Shown in pieces: positions 44,645 to 58,125 of a stretch of 64,000 nucleotides of DNA. The DNA is taken from positions 29,760,001 to 29,824,000 of the forward strand of contig OZ024756.1 of NCBI GenBank assembly GCA_964016885.1. Reading direction: 5' to 3'. This stretch comes from Eledone cirrhosa. Its lineage: Eukaryota. Below the pieces are notes generated by a model, which was given only the letters and a program-made list of their open reading frames with translations, was not told where the DNA came from and did not search any database. The translations under genes were made by a program, and so were the position numbers. Within the stretch, counting starts at the first letter, position 1. Every line of letters begins with the position of its first letter.

Positions 44645-44875
44645 GCGGGTATGTCAAGATTTATAAAATAAATTTTGTATTTTATCTGATGAAAGCGCAC
44701 CAAAATTTGCCTTGGTTGCCCTTCAAATATATATAATAAAATAATTATGGTTTTATAAATATAGTTTCCATTTATTAATATAATGAATATTTACTCCACC
44801 ACACTGTTGAATGCTTTATATCAGTTATAAAACTTTTAAGTTTGTTGAATTCCAACAAATTAAATACAAACTTTG
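44645..44875 (+). mobile_element. Family E copy, hammerhead inactivated (GAAA>CAAA)
   Basis: TTTTAT-CTGATGA-AAGCGCACCA..; homologous to 7115-7340. Confidence 0.7.
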
Positions 44876-44925
44876 TATATATATTTATTTATATTTATCG
44901 ATATCTATATCTGTATCTATTTCTC

Positions 44926-45012
<87 letters not shown>

Positions 45013-45104
45013 GAGCTGTAATACGAAGTTTTATTCATCAAATTTTCAAATAGAAACTTGCCCTTTTGCCGTTCACCTAATTACATTTGGCAGCAGCAGC
45101 TCAC

Positions 45105-45278
45105 CGCAGTTGAAGCTTTTGTCTACAGTGTACAATTGAGACTTTAACGTATATGATCTTTCCCCAAGTGGCATCACTACTGGTTGGCACCACATCAGGG
45201 AGTGCTGCGGCCGAAACGTGACGAAATTTTGTTGATTGATCTCCACTCGACAGCTGAAGAGCGCTATCACTCTGTAAG
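45105..45278 (-). CDS. Candidate 174-nt symmetric exon of an unknown host gene
   Basis: Acceptor TTTTTATTTATTTTCCATACAG, donor G|GTGAGC; unique, higher-GC sequence; two frames open. Confidence 0.35.
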
Positions 45279-45350
45279 CTGTATGGAAAATAAATAAAAA
45301 CATAAATACAAACACAAACACACTTATAATCTCCCACACCCACGCACACA

Positions 45351-45393
<43 letters not shown>

Positions 45394-45395
<2 letters not shown>

Positions 45396-45641
45396 GTGTC
45401 TTTATATGTTCAGCATATATATACTTATGTATATATATATATATATATATATATACGTCTGTTTATATATACAGCATATATATACTTATGTATATATATA
45501 CATATATATACGTCTGTTTATATATACAGCATATATATACTTATGTATATATATATATATATACGTCTGTTTATATATACAGCATATATATACTTATGTA
45601 TATATATATACGTCTGTTTATATATACAGCATATATATACT

Positions 45642-45708
<67 letters not shown>

Positions 45709-45901
45709 GTCTGTTTATATATACAGCATATATATACTTATGTATATATATATATATATATACGTCTGTTTATATATACAGCATATATATACTTATATAT
45801 ATATATTTATATATATATATATACGTGTCTTTATATATTCAGCATATATATACTTATGTATATATATATACATCTGTTTATATATACAGCATATATATAC
45901 T

Positions 45902-45952
<51 letters not shown>

Positions 45953-45990
45953 GTCTGTTTATATATACAGCATATATATACTTATGTATG
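45394..45990. repeat. Compound repeat: ACGTCTGTTTATATATACAGCATATATATACTTATG + variable (TA)n, ~10 copies
   Basis: Directly visible. Confidence 0.9.
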
Positions 45991-46015
45991 TATATATGTA
46001 TATATCTATATATGT

Positions 46016-46065
<50 letters not shown>

Positions 46066-46686
46066 ATGTGTGTGCGTTTGTCTGTGTGTGTATACGCACA
46101 TATGTGGTGCACACATACATATACATATGGTATATATATATATATATGTATATATATGTATATATAAAGGTTTCATATATATATATACATACATATACGT
46201 ACATATATATATGTGTATATATATAGGTCGACTTTCATTTTCATTGAAGGTTGGGAACCTTGAACATGAGGAATCTTATCAGATAGATCTCCCTCTAAGC
46301 CCCCTCTCTCTCCTTCTCTCTCTCCCCCCCTCTCTCTCTCTCTCTAACACATACTCTATCTATACAGCTATCTAGCTCTAACACTCTTTCTCAGCCACTC
46401 TCTATCTCTCTCTGTCACCCACAAACGCTCTCCTCTCTCACACAATTTTTCTCTTACTTTGCAATATCTTTGAGATATTCTTTGAGAGAGAATTTATTCT
46501 AAACACGGTGAAAGTTCCTTCCACCATATATATATAATAAAGGTTGAGGGACCCAGCATATATTTATCAATGCCAGTACCGGTTGTATCTCAGCGCACTC
46601 AATGGGCAATGTAAGATACATTACCAGAGTATACACATAGTTATTTGCTTCAACACAACACACGTAAAACGGGTGCCTATAAGGGT

Positions 46687-46796
46687 CCCGGACTCGAGTT
46701 TCTGCCGCACTAATGCAGCAGTAAGGTGCACTGCACCATCTGTCTGCATATATTATGCAACAATGCACAATTGGCTTATGCGGCTTCATCAGCGGG
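46687..46796 (-). ncRNA. Type I hammerhead ribozyme with long stem II insert (family M)
   Basis: CCCG-CTGATGA-A-GCCGCA...TGCGGC-A-GAAA-C-TCGA-G-TC-CGGG; GUC site, palindromic loop TCGA. Confidence 0.8.
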
Positions 46797-46914
46797 TATC
46801 GCCTAATCAATAACCAATCGATCGACATAATCCAAACACCGGCCCGTGCCGGTCATGACGGTACAGCGATTAACTGGCAACCGATAGGACTCTATCTCTC
46901 AAATAGCCACTGAT

Positions 46915-46960
<46 letters not shown>

Positions 46961-47008
46961 GGAGAGAAAGGGAGCTAGTGAGATAGATAGACAGATAGAT
47001 GTATATAC

Positions 47009-47086
<78 letters not shown>

Positions 47087-47242
47087 CGAGAGAGAGAGAG
47101 AGAGAGAGAGATTGATTAACTGAAGGAGAGCTACCTGATGAGATTTTTCGTGTTCGAGGTTCCCAACCTTGAACTTACATGTGTATATATACATATATAT
47201 ACACATGTATATACATATATATATACATATATATACACATGT

Positions 47243-47276
<34 letters not shown>

Positions 47277-47289
47277 GTGTGTGTGTATA

Positions 47290-47620
47290 TACAACACACA
47301 CAAAAACAAGATGGCGTAGGACAGAACAAAGGAGAGGCACAAAAACAAAGAAAAGAATCCCCAGTCACTGAAGAGGTCACAGAATATGTGACGAAAGAAC
47401 TTTGACAATATATGAACAACCGTCCGGTTGTGGAACCAACCAACCAACCAGAAATTTATAAATTCTTAAATTTATAAATTTAATTTATAATAAATTGGAG
47501 TGAAAGCATCTGGTGCGTGTGTTTCTTATTGGCAACATGACCCTCCCAAACTATAACAATATCGGTTTCAACACACGTTTTCAGATAAAGAATCTTGCTA
47601 AACAAATTCAGAAACGAAAT
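47290..47620 (+). mobile_element. Family G copy with hammerhead at 47364-47406
   Basis: Near-identical to 26641-26970 (reverse complement). Confidence 0.8.
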
Positions 47621-47684
47621 ATATATATATATATACGTATGTGTGTGTATATATATATATATATATATAATATACAATATATAT

Positions 47685-47776
<92 letters not shown>

Positions 47777-47803
47777 TATTTATATATATACATCTACACA
47801 TAC

Positions 47804-47865
<62 letters not shown>

Positions 47866-47869
<4 letters not shown>

Positions 47870-47987
47870 GTTTCTACTTTTGGCACAAGGCCAGCAATTA
47901 CCCAGTGTATTACTGGTACTTTATTTTATCGACCCCTTAAGGATGAAAGGCAAAGTTAACCTTGGCGGGTTTTGAACTCAGTCCGTA
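47866..47987 (-). mobile_element. SINE family A, truncated
   Basis: Core and B box. Confidence 0.8.
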
Positions 47988-48984
47988 ATATATATATATA
48001 TATAATGTTTACATATACATGTCTGTAGGTGTGTATTCATATATATATATATATGTATATATAGACATACACACGTCTTTATATATATATATATACGTGT
48101 GTGTAGGTATATATATACATCGTCTTCTTTGAATAGATTTAGATGTTCACAAGATAAAGTTTATCAGTAAGAATCTTGTGAGTTCAAACGAATCAAGAAT
48201 TTATAATATGGCGAAGCACCGCTTCCCGACATTCTACCCCCGTCTACCGTTTTTCTTTTTCGTTATTTTTGGAAGTACGTATCTGTTTACATTATGCGGA
48301 AGTTTGGTAGTAAAATTAAACATAGATGCTGTGGAGAAAGACCAACGGCCGATATTTTGAGCCTTATGCTCTTTATCGAGGAGGTGTGGTAGTAAAAAGT
48401 ATATAGTGTTTTTTTTTAGGAAAGACCAAGTGCCGGTATTTCGGTCTACATGCTCTTTATCAAGTAGGCGTGGCAGTTTGAATAAATATAGTTACCCCAA
48501 GGAGTCTAATGGTTAATGTTTTGGGCTCCATGCCCTTTATCGAAGAAGCGTGGTAATTTAATAAAATATCGTTATTGAGAGGACTACAGACGCTTTAACA
48601 ATATTGCTGATCCACCACCCTCTAAACCATTGAAAACAGCAACAATATTAATAACAACACAGCAGAAACTATAAAGAGAGATTCTACACGGTGGATTAAA
48701 ATGTGAGAAATAAATAGCAAGAATCCACTCAAATATCACTCTGAAGACACCACCTAGCGGAGAATGTAGCCAACCATAGGAAAAATTACGGGACAGCCAC
48801 AACTGGAACGCCTTAGGTATTGAAGTCTGATTCAAACTTGGGTTTAAATGATGACAACTTAAAAGTCCCTTTCTCCACAGTTATATATTATCCTAGATTA
48901 CCAGAGATTGCTCTCCTAACGAGCGAACCACCAAAAGAGACAACGGAAGAAACCAACTAAGTGTGTATGAAAGTATGTATGTAT

Positions 48985-49400
48985 GTCTAACGCCCACTCG
49001 GTCCCGAGTGACCATGGTTTTGCACCTAGAAAGTTTCCCTCCGAGGCTGGGCAAGGTTTTGTGGAAGACCAGTAGCCCCCCCCCCCCGGCATACATACCA
49101 GTCTCCCCTCTCCACACCACCGATGATAGCCAAGGGAAAGGTAACCACCGCTACTGCTTGGCACCAGTGACGTCACAACTCATATATACATTATATGCAC
49201 ACTACTGCAGTATATATACACTATATATACATTATATACACACTACGTACAGTATATATATATATATTATATACATGCCATGTACAGTATATATACACTA
49301 TTTATGATGTTGTCCAAGGGAAAAGCAATGACCGGTACAGCTTGGTACCAGTTAAAGTCGCAACCCATTTCTACAGCTGAGCAAACTGGAGCAACACCTT
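48985..49400 (-). mobile_element. SINE/retroposon remnant split by a microsatellite
   Basis: CCAAGGGAAA...GCTTGG.ACCAGT segment duplicated at ~49130 and ~49314; overall SINE-like composition. Confidence 0.45.
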
Positions 49401-49440
49401 GTCCCTTTTAATTCTTATATATATATATGTTGGATAAATT

Positions 49441-49862
49441 TCGGAATACCTGATGATGTCACTTGATGAATACCTGATGAATCCGGTCATTGAAATGTTC
49501 ATAGTATAATAAGCCTTTAAGGAATTACACCAGTCCAGCCTCCTGTTATTTTATAATAATTAACCCCGTACTCGCACCACCAACAACACAAACGATGACG
49601 GATCAGTTGTATTACGTCGAGTGCTCTCCTAATATTACATCGAGGTTGACCATACGGAATGACCAGTTCTATCCAGTGGCGAACAAACCAACCTAAATGA
49701 GTATATATTCTATTGTCCTAATAACTTATTTTAGTTATTATCGCTCCAACGTGAGGTATATGATTTTTAATGCGATGAAATACCCATGATCGTTTGGTAA
49801 ATCACTGATGAAGGACTCATTTTATAACATGTTATCCATGTGCAACCAGCAGTATTCTTCTC
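49441..49862 (+). mobile_element. Family N (hammerhead 49446-49507) joined to a family A tail
   Basis: ATAC-CTGATGA..GAAA-T-GTTC-A-TA-GTAT; GTCGAGTGC at ~49617. Confidence 0.65.
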
Positions 49863-50144
49863 ACTCATATATATATATATATGTATATATGTGTGTGTGT
49901 GTGTGTGTTTGTATGTGTATGTTTGTTTATGTACAAGTATTAACATTTAAAGAGAGTAATATATATGTATTTGTTTAAGTGCAGAGTAATTTTTCGTTTA
50001 GGGGAAATATAATACAAAACCCGCCTTAAGTTATACACACACACACCCACTCTCTCTCTCACACACACACACACTCTCTCTCTCACACACACACACACAC
50101 AGACACACATATAACTTAAGGCGGATTTTGTATTATATTTCCCT

Positions 50145-50176
<32 letters not shown>

Positions 50177-50260
50177 TAAATATATATATGTATGTATGCA
50201 TGCGTGCGTGGTTGTGTATGAGTGTGCGCGAACATGGGTTTGTGTGTGTATATATGTTCG

Positions 50261-50318
<58 letters not shown>

Positions 50319-50441
50319 TATATATATATATAGTATATCGTATATATATATATATAGTGTATATATAGTATATATATATAGTGTAGTGAAAAGTTGGACG
50401 GGAACAAAAACAGAGAGGCAGACAATTCGTATATATATATC

Positions 50442-50505
<64 letters not shown>

Positions 50506-50525
50506 TATATATCGTATATATATAT

Positions 50526-50803
50526 AGTGAAAGAGTGAAGAATGACATGGTCGGCTGTACAAAAAGGGTTTTATTTACACTATTAACAATTCTTTCATTG
50601 ATCAGGAGAGTCTAAAGGCAGCTGATCACTCGAAATTGCGTCACTCGATGATTCGATCAGAGATACACACTGTATTTAAGGTCGAGTGACGCAATTTCGA
50701 GTGATTAGCTGCCTTTAGACTCTCCTGATCAATGAAACAATTGTTAATGCTATAAATAAAACCTTTTTTGTACAGCCGACCATGTTACTCTTCACTCTTT
50801 CAC
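50526..50803. mobile_element. Fold-back PLE-like family I, ~123-bp arms
   Basis: Arms 50526-50649/50682-50803; GAAA-C-AATT-G-TT hammerhead 3' half, then AATAAA. Confidence 0.75.
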
Positions 50804-50861
50804 TATATATATATATACGATATATATATATATATATACATATATACAAATGGAAGTACAG

Positions 50862-53178
50862 CATAATCGGCCGCTGAGATACGGGACGTGCTGAGCCAAT
50901 GCGGCAAACGCAAATCTCCAGGTCTCGACGGTCTACCCTACGAATTTTACGTAGCAATGCCGGACTTGTTCTCCGGTCTCCTGGAAGCGGTCTACTGCAA
51001 CTGGCAGCTGAACGGGAGAATTCTCAGTTCTGTGACCAAGGGCGTAATCACGTTAGTCAGGAAGGATGAGAACAAGGGGGATGACATAGGCAACTTCCGG
51101 CCCATAACTCTGCTCAACACAGAGTTACAGATTTTGGCCAAGGTGTTGGCAAAGAGGCTGGCGCTTGTCGTCGAAAACCTGGTGGGAGAAGCGCAGACAT
51201 GCGCAATCCCGACCAGGTCCATACACGACAACCTCCACCTCATGCGATACATCATAGAGAGGGTAGGGTGTAAACCCGGCTTCGGCGGGGCTCTGATCAA
51301 CTTGGATCAGTCTAAGGCTTTCGATAGGGTTGACCATAGTTACCTGGATGCGGTGCTCGAGGCGGCAGGCTTCGGTCCTGTGTTCAGGGGCTGGATTGCT
51401 GCAATGCACAACAGCAACAACTGCTCAAGGGTCAAGGTGAACGGCTACCCCTCGGAGCCGTTCCATATCACGCGATCCATCCGACAGGGATGCCCTCTCT
51501 CCTCCCTTCTGTATGTACTGACTCTCGAGCCACTACTGCGGAAGTTGGAGCTATTGCAGGGCATCCCTTTGGAACCGGGACTGCGAAAAGCGGCGTCGGC
51601 CTACGCCGACGACGTGACAGTAATGGTGTCGATCACCTCGCAAATCGGGGAGATCGCCACCTTATTGGAGGAATACGAAAGGTTCACAGGAGCGAAGCTG
51701 AACCGGGACAAATCCGTCGGTTTCCAACTCGGAACGTGGAGAGGCAAACCGATGCCTTCCGATGACGTCGTCGGATGCTGGACGGAAGGACCGGTAAAGC
51801 TGCTCGGTGTCTGGTTTGGTCCTGACCTCCAGGTGGAGAAGAACTGGAAGGAGGTGACGGCCAAGGTCTTTGCGCTCACACAGAAGTGGGCCGAGTGCAA
51901 ACTATCCCTGAAAGGTCGAGCGGAGGTGGCGAACACTTTTATAGCGTCCGTCATCTACTACCGCTTGACCGTTGTCCCTTGTCCAGCCAAAACGCTCACC
52001 AAAACGGGCTCCTTTGGTGAGAAGATCCATCTGCTGCCAACACCCTTCAAACGGAGGGCTAGAGATGCCGTGGCTGACGATGCGCAAACACGCGCTCAGG
52101 CTGCGGCACCACCACGTATTCCTCACCAGACAACCGGTGTGGGCCCCGTTCGTGAGGCGAGCCTTCTCACGACTCGTCTCCTGACCGAGCTGCAGACCTG
52201 GGTCAAGCAAAGACCGAGGAAAATGGGCGACTGGCATATCGAATGTGCTCAGGCGCTCACAGTCCTCTGGCAAACGGACCTGGCGATCAGTGGAGACTCC
52301 ACTTCGACATTCTATATAGGGTTGGTCCGCAGCAAGTGCGACGACACGCTTGGAGAAACTCTAGGCGTAGAGGAAGATGAACTGGCCAGTCTGTTCGGTA
52401 GGACCTTCCACCCGGGACCAATAGACAACTTCCAAAAGTCCCTGGCCTGGCAGTGCTACTGAGGAGCTCTACCAGTTCGAGACAAGCTCTACAGACACGG
52501 GCGCCCGGGTAGGGACCCTTCGAAAAAGATCTGTCCGAGATGCGTGCGCGACGAGGAAACCGTCGCACACGTATTTGTACACTGCCCGGGCGTTACCGAC
52601 CTGTGGGGCTATGTAGAATGAATATTGTCGCGGGTGGGACCAATCCAGTTGACCACCGAGTCCATTGTCATGATCAAACCGCCACCCTCCTTCAAAATCG
52701 AGGGAGAGGCGGTTTTCCTATGTGTTATGGCTATGGTGAAAGAGGTTATATGGTGGACGAGGTTAAAAGGGCTGAGGTCAGACACCTTTCTTTCCGACGA
52801 ACACTGATTCGTTTTTTCAAATATCATTTTGGAAGAAGAATCAGGATGGCGAGAGAGGTACTGTACCCCAGCACATTTTATAAAAGGTGGGTAAATGTGA
52901 CAAAGATGGCCCGAGTGGTTGGGCCTTCTCTCTATATAAGCCTGTAGGTTGAGGAAAAAGAGGAAGAGAGGAAGGGAGTACTCACTCTTGGCGCTCCTGG
53001 AGATGAGGGTTGTACATTTTTTCGGGGTGTGTACAACCCCTGTGTAAAACCTCCCCCCTATTGGGGATTTCAATTGTTATTTGTTGTTTTATTAATAGTT
53101 TTATTTTCATATACCTGTATGTAAACTCCCCATTTGTATTTGTCCCCTTCTTTTGTGCCCTTGTGGCTAATAAAGAAA
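50862..53178 (+). mobile_element. 5'-truncated L1/Tx1-clade non-LTR retrotransposon
   Basis: RT ORF, C-terminal CCHC knuckle, 3' UTR with AATAAA at 53169, then (TATC)n. Confidence 0.92.
50888..52947 (+). pseudogene. Tx1/L1 ORF2 reverse transcriptase + zinc knuckle, frameshifted
   Basis: KSPGLDG, NFRPITLLN, LDQSKAFDRV, RQGCPLS, YADD; CPRC-x8-H-x4-C at ~52530-52588; frameshifts near 52010-52190 and stops at 52460 and 52619; endonuclease domain absent. Confidence 0.9.
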
Positions 53179-53279
53179 TTTATCTATCTATCTATCTATC
53201 TATCTCTCTATCTATCTCTCTATCTATCTACCTACCTACCTATCTATTTATCTATCACCCTTCTCTCCGTCTCTCTTTC

Positions 53280-53317
<38 letters not shown>

Positions 53318-53636
53318 TAAACCCTCTATCTTCCACCTCTTTCTTTCTCTCTGTCACTGGCAGCGTTTGGCGCCTTTTTTTCTAACCTTCTCTACCCCTT
53401 CCTTCCTTCCCTCTCACCCCTCGCTTTACTACAAACAGACCTGGGCGCCCTGAAAAGGGTCATCGGCACTACCTTTCCCCTCCCTCACTAAACACACCAC
53501 TCGTTCACCCATCCCAGTCTTTCCCCAACAACATCTAGTGCTCCCTCCCTCCTCGCCCTAACACCTCCTTCTTCGTGTCCTGGGCAAACATACAAGGTCC
53601 GTCCGGTTGAAGACAAAAGCTACAACATATGGGGAG

Positions 53637-54162
53637 GGTGATGGTGGTGGTGGTAGGGGGTGGTGTTGGCGGTGGTGGTGGTGGTGCTGTGGTGGTGGTG
53701 GAGGTGGTGTTACTGTGGTGGTGGGGGTGATGGTGGTAATGGTAAGGGGGGGAGGTTGCGGCGGTGGTGGTGCTGTGATGGTGGTGGTGGTGGTGGAGGT
53801 GGTGTTGGTGGTGGTGCTGTGGTGGTGGTGGTGGTGGTGGAGGTGGTGTTGGCGGTGATGGTGGTGATGGTATTGGGGTGATGGTGGTGGGGTGATGGTG
53901 GTAATGATAGGGGGTGGTGTTGGCGGTCGTGCTACAGTGGTGGTGTTACTGTGGTGGTGGTGGCGATCGTGCTACAGTGGTGGTGGAGGTGGTGTTACTG
54001 TCGTGGTGTTGGGGCTACGACACAGCCACTGAGTCCTTCTTCAGTCGTCCCAGCCTTTCACTCCTCGCCCCCCTTCACTCCTGGTCTAACCTAGATCTAC
54101 AACATTTCAGCCATTTCAAACCAAGGCATTACTACTACTACTACTACTACTACAACCACCAA

Positions 54163-54203
<41 letters not shown>

Positions 54204-54292
54204 ACACCACTACTACTACTACTACTACAACCACCAACACTACTACTACTACTACCACCAACACCACTACTACTACTACTACAACCACCAAC

Positions 54293-54326
<34 letters not shown>

Positions 54327-54381
54327 ACACCACTACTACTACTACTACAACCACCAACACTACTACTACTACTACTACCAA

Positions 54382-54422
<41 letters not shown>

Positions 54423-54507
54423 ACACTACTACTACTACTACTACTACCACCAACACTACTACTACTACTACTACCACCAACACCACTACTACTACTACAA
54501 CCACCAA

Positions 54508-54540
<33 letters not shown>

Positions 54541-54558
54541 AACAACAACTACCAACAT

Positions 54559-54593
<35 letters not shown>

Positions 54594-54595
54594 TG
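53637..54595. repeat. (GGT)n (53637-54010) and (TAC/CAC/CAA)n (54128-54595) arrays
   Basis: Directly visible. Confidence 0.9.
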
Positions 54596-54786
54596 GTCAC
54601 AAGTCCCACTAATACTACTACCACTATGACCTCCCCAAATTACCATCTGCAATTCTTAAAGCACTACACCACCACCCGCCACAAAGACCACACACTTTCT
54701 TGTGTCCAAATACACACCTACATACACAAACACACACACATACACATGCATGTATATATATATATATATATATATACATATATCTA

Positions 54787-54820
<34 letters not shown>

Positions 54821-54823
54821 GTA

Positions 54824-55150
54824 ATAATTGTTTCTACTTTTGGCACAAGGCCAGCCAAAACCTCAGTGCATTACTGGTACTTTATTTTATCGACTCCGTA
54901 AGGATGAAAGGCAAAGTTAACCTCAGCAAGATTTGAACTCAGATTGGCAATATATATATATAGTAATTGTTTCTACTTTAGGCACAAGGCCAGCAATTAC
55001 CCAGTACATTACTGGTACTTTATTTTATCGACCCTGTAAGGATGAAAGGCAAAGTTAACCTCGGCGGGATTTGAACTCAGAATGGCAAGGGCAGTAACTC
55101 TATGCGTCAAAGCATGGCGTCCAACTCGCTACCGATACTGCCAATTCACC
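54824..55150 (-). mobile_element. Two tandem SINE family A copies
   Basis: 54824-54945 and 54964-55150. Confidence 0.85.
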
Positions 55151-55153
55151 ATA

Positions 55154-55363
55154 TAGTAATAATAATAAATTCGAAGACTAAAATCCAAAGAGGGCTCGAT
55201 AAGGATAAATATATATCAAATATATAAGAACCGTAGAGTATTTATTTTAATATATATCTATATATCTATATATATATATATATGTGCGTGCGTGTATGTG
55301 TATACATATATATAGTGGTAGAACACTAAGGTAATATGTGTGTATACATAATATATATGTAGA

Positions 55364-55398
<35 letters not shown>

Positions 55399-55645
55399 GA
55401 ATGTATATATATATATATATATATATATACATTCTACATATATATTATGTATATAACATATATATATATATATATCTAGCTGTCGATCGAAACGGCTGGA
55501 GCTTAGCCGTCGGGGTCCTGACTCTTTTCCTATATACATATATATATATGTTATTTTAATAAATATTTGCTCTAGGGTTCTTATATATATTTATCCTTAT
55601 CGAGCCCTTTTTGGATTTTAGTCTTCACATTTATTATTATTACTA
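55154..55645. mobile_element. Inverted family K arms enclosing microsatellite and family B/C scraps
   Basis: 55154-55250 is the reverse complement of 55549-55645. Confidence 0.65.
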
Positions 55646-55689
55646 TATATAATCCATGTGCAACCATGCAGTATTCTTCTCCCCATGTT

Positions 55690-55755
<66 letters not shown>

Positions 55756-57654
55756 TAGCGAGAATCGAACTTCAGCTCAGGAATTAACGAAAAACAACTT
55801 CCGAGATGTGTGGCAAGCGCTCGATGATTCATATGAATCAGAGCTACAACATACGTTAAGGGCCAAATACACTGAGATGGTGGTTAAACAAATCATCCGC
55901 ACAGTCAAAACAAACGACCAAGTAATTCGGGTCAAACAATAAAAATATATGTGATTGAAAATATATATATATGAAAACAAACGTGCTGCGTGGTTGCATA
56001 TGGGTTATATATATATATGTGTATGTATATATAGTCCAGAAATAGCCGTCGAAACGGCTTGAGCTCTGCCGTCGGGGTCATACTTTTCCCTATATATATA
56101 TATATAGTGGTAGAACACTAAGGTAATATCCGTAATGGTAGAGCACTCAGTCCATGGGACATTAAATGTTTAAGCAAACATTCTGCTTCCACATTTATAC
56201 GGGATCTTCTAGAAAAAATATATATTTGTATAAATCTATATACATATATATATGTGTATAAATAAATGTATATATAATATATACAGAGAGAGAGAGAGAG
56301 ATAATCAAATGTCTATATATATGTGTATACATAGATTTGAAACGATGGTATATATATATATATATATATATATATACCCTCGTTTCAAATCTATGTATAT
56401 ATATATATATATATAGTTACTCTCTTCCCTTCACCCTTTAGTATATAGAGGTTGCCCTTTCACTCTCTCTCTCTCTCTCTCTGTCTGTCTCTCACACTTT
56501 CACCCCCTTACCTCAGTTCTCCTCCCTCTCTTTCTCGCTTCCTTCTTTTTCCTTTCTTTTTGTTCTTTGTCCATTTAGTTTCCTCCCTTCACCCCCATCA
56601 ACCCTTCAGTACCTCCTCCCATCACCACTGTCACCCTGAAACCCTTTTTCGCCCCTCTCACTATTCCGTTACTTCTCCCCTCCCAGCCGTGCCTTGCTTG
56701 AACTCCCCTCACACCACCACCTTCCATTCCTTAGGCTGCACTCAAACCTTCACTCCAATCCCCCCCCCCCCCCCCGCTTTCACCCTCGTGTTTTTCTTTT
56801 CATTCACTCGAAACCGCCTCCTTACACTCACCGCAAACACTAATCGCCCTCTACTACAGGCACTTAACCCACCCACCCAGCTGTCGACCACCATCACCAC
56901 CATCAACCCCCCCCATCACCACCATCAACCCCCCCCATCATCACCACCACCATTACTACCACCTCTTCCACCACCACCAGCACTACCACTACTATCACCA
57001 TTAACACTATTACTAGTACTAGCACCACCACCAGCACCACCACGAATAACACCCCACAACCACCACTACCACCACCAACACTACCACCACCACTACCACC
57101 ACCAACACTACCACCACCACCACCACCACCAGCACTACCACTACTATCACCATTAACATATTACCAACACTAGCACCACCACCACTGCCTCCACCACGAA
57201 TAACACCCCACCACCACAACCCACACCACCACCACCATGACCCAACCACCACCACCAACAACCTCCACCTCCACCACCATCATGACCCCTCCTCCACCAC
57301 CACCACCACAGCCATCACCAAATAACCATCTTCCGTTGTTCTTGCCCCTTCATCTGCCAGTTTCACAGTCCACCAACTAATAGAAACACTGACAGACTGA
57401 CAGACAGAGAAACAGATACACAGACAAACATACAAGCAGACAGACAGACAGACAACGATATTCTATCGTCATCGACTCTTCCTAGGGCGACTCCGGCCTC
57501 GTCAAGCAAGAGCAAGAAGAACATCGACTCCTCCACTACTTCAATATTAAGTTAGACATGGGCTTGGGCCAATACTGGCCGAAAACTATCAGAGTTATCA
57601 AAGTTAAAGTTATCTTCACTGGGCTTTTCATCGTTGTTCCTAGCTTGTGGGAAA

Positions 57655-57780
57655 GTTGCGTGGCTTTGTGGTTAGGCTGTTCGGCTCATGATGTCAAGGT
57701 CATGAGTTCGATGCCTTGCAGTGAGTTGTGTCTTAGAGCAAAACACTTTATTTCACGTTCCTTCAGTCAACTCAGCAGCT
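57655..57780 (+). mobile_element. tRNA-derived SINE (second family)
   Basis: TGGCTTTGTGG A box, GAGTTCGATGCC B box, GTGTCTTAGAGCAAAACACTT core. Confidence 0.7.
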
Positions 57781-58125
57781 TGTTGCTAGCTGTTGTTAGT
57801 TGTTGCTGCTTGTTGCTGGTTGTTGCTAGTTGTTGGTTGTTGCTAGTTGTTGCTAGTTGTTGCTGGTTGTTGCTAGTTGTTGGTAGCTGTTGTTAGTTGT
57901 TGGTGGTTGTTGGTGGTTGTTGCTAGTTGTTGCTAGTTGTTGCTGGTTGTTACTGCTTGTTGCTAGTTGTTGCTAGTTGTTGGTGGTTGTTGCTAGTTGT
58001 TGGTAGCTGTTGTTAGTTGTTGGTGGTTGTTGCTAGTTGTTGCTAGTTGTTGCTGGTTGTTGCTGGTTGTTACTGCTTGTTGCTAGTTGTTGCTAGTTGT
58101 TGGTGGTTGTTGCTAGTTGTTGCTG
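57781..58125. repeat. 12-bp-based (GTTGTTGCTAGT) array
   Basis: Directly visible. Confidence 0.85.

Noticed and set aside
45200-45265. GAAAC and CTGAAGA as a hammerhead
   Set aside because: Could not build consistent stems I-III; the region fits a candidate exon better
45394-45990. CRISPR-like repeat/spacer appearance
   Set aside because: Spacers are only (TA)n, the context is eukaryotic, and there are no cas genes
50992-53073. Antisense ORFs over the LINE
   Set aside because: Shadow ORFs of GC-rich RT coding sequence
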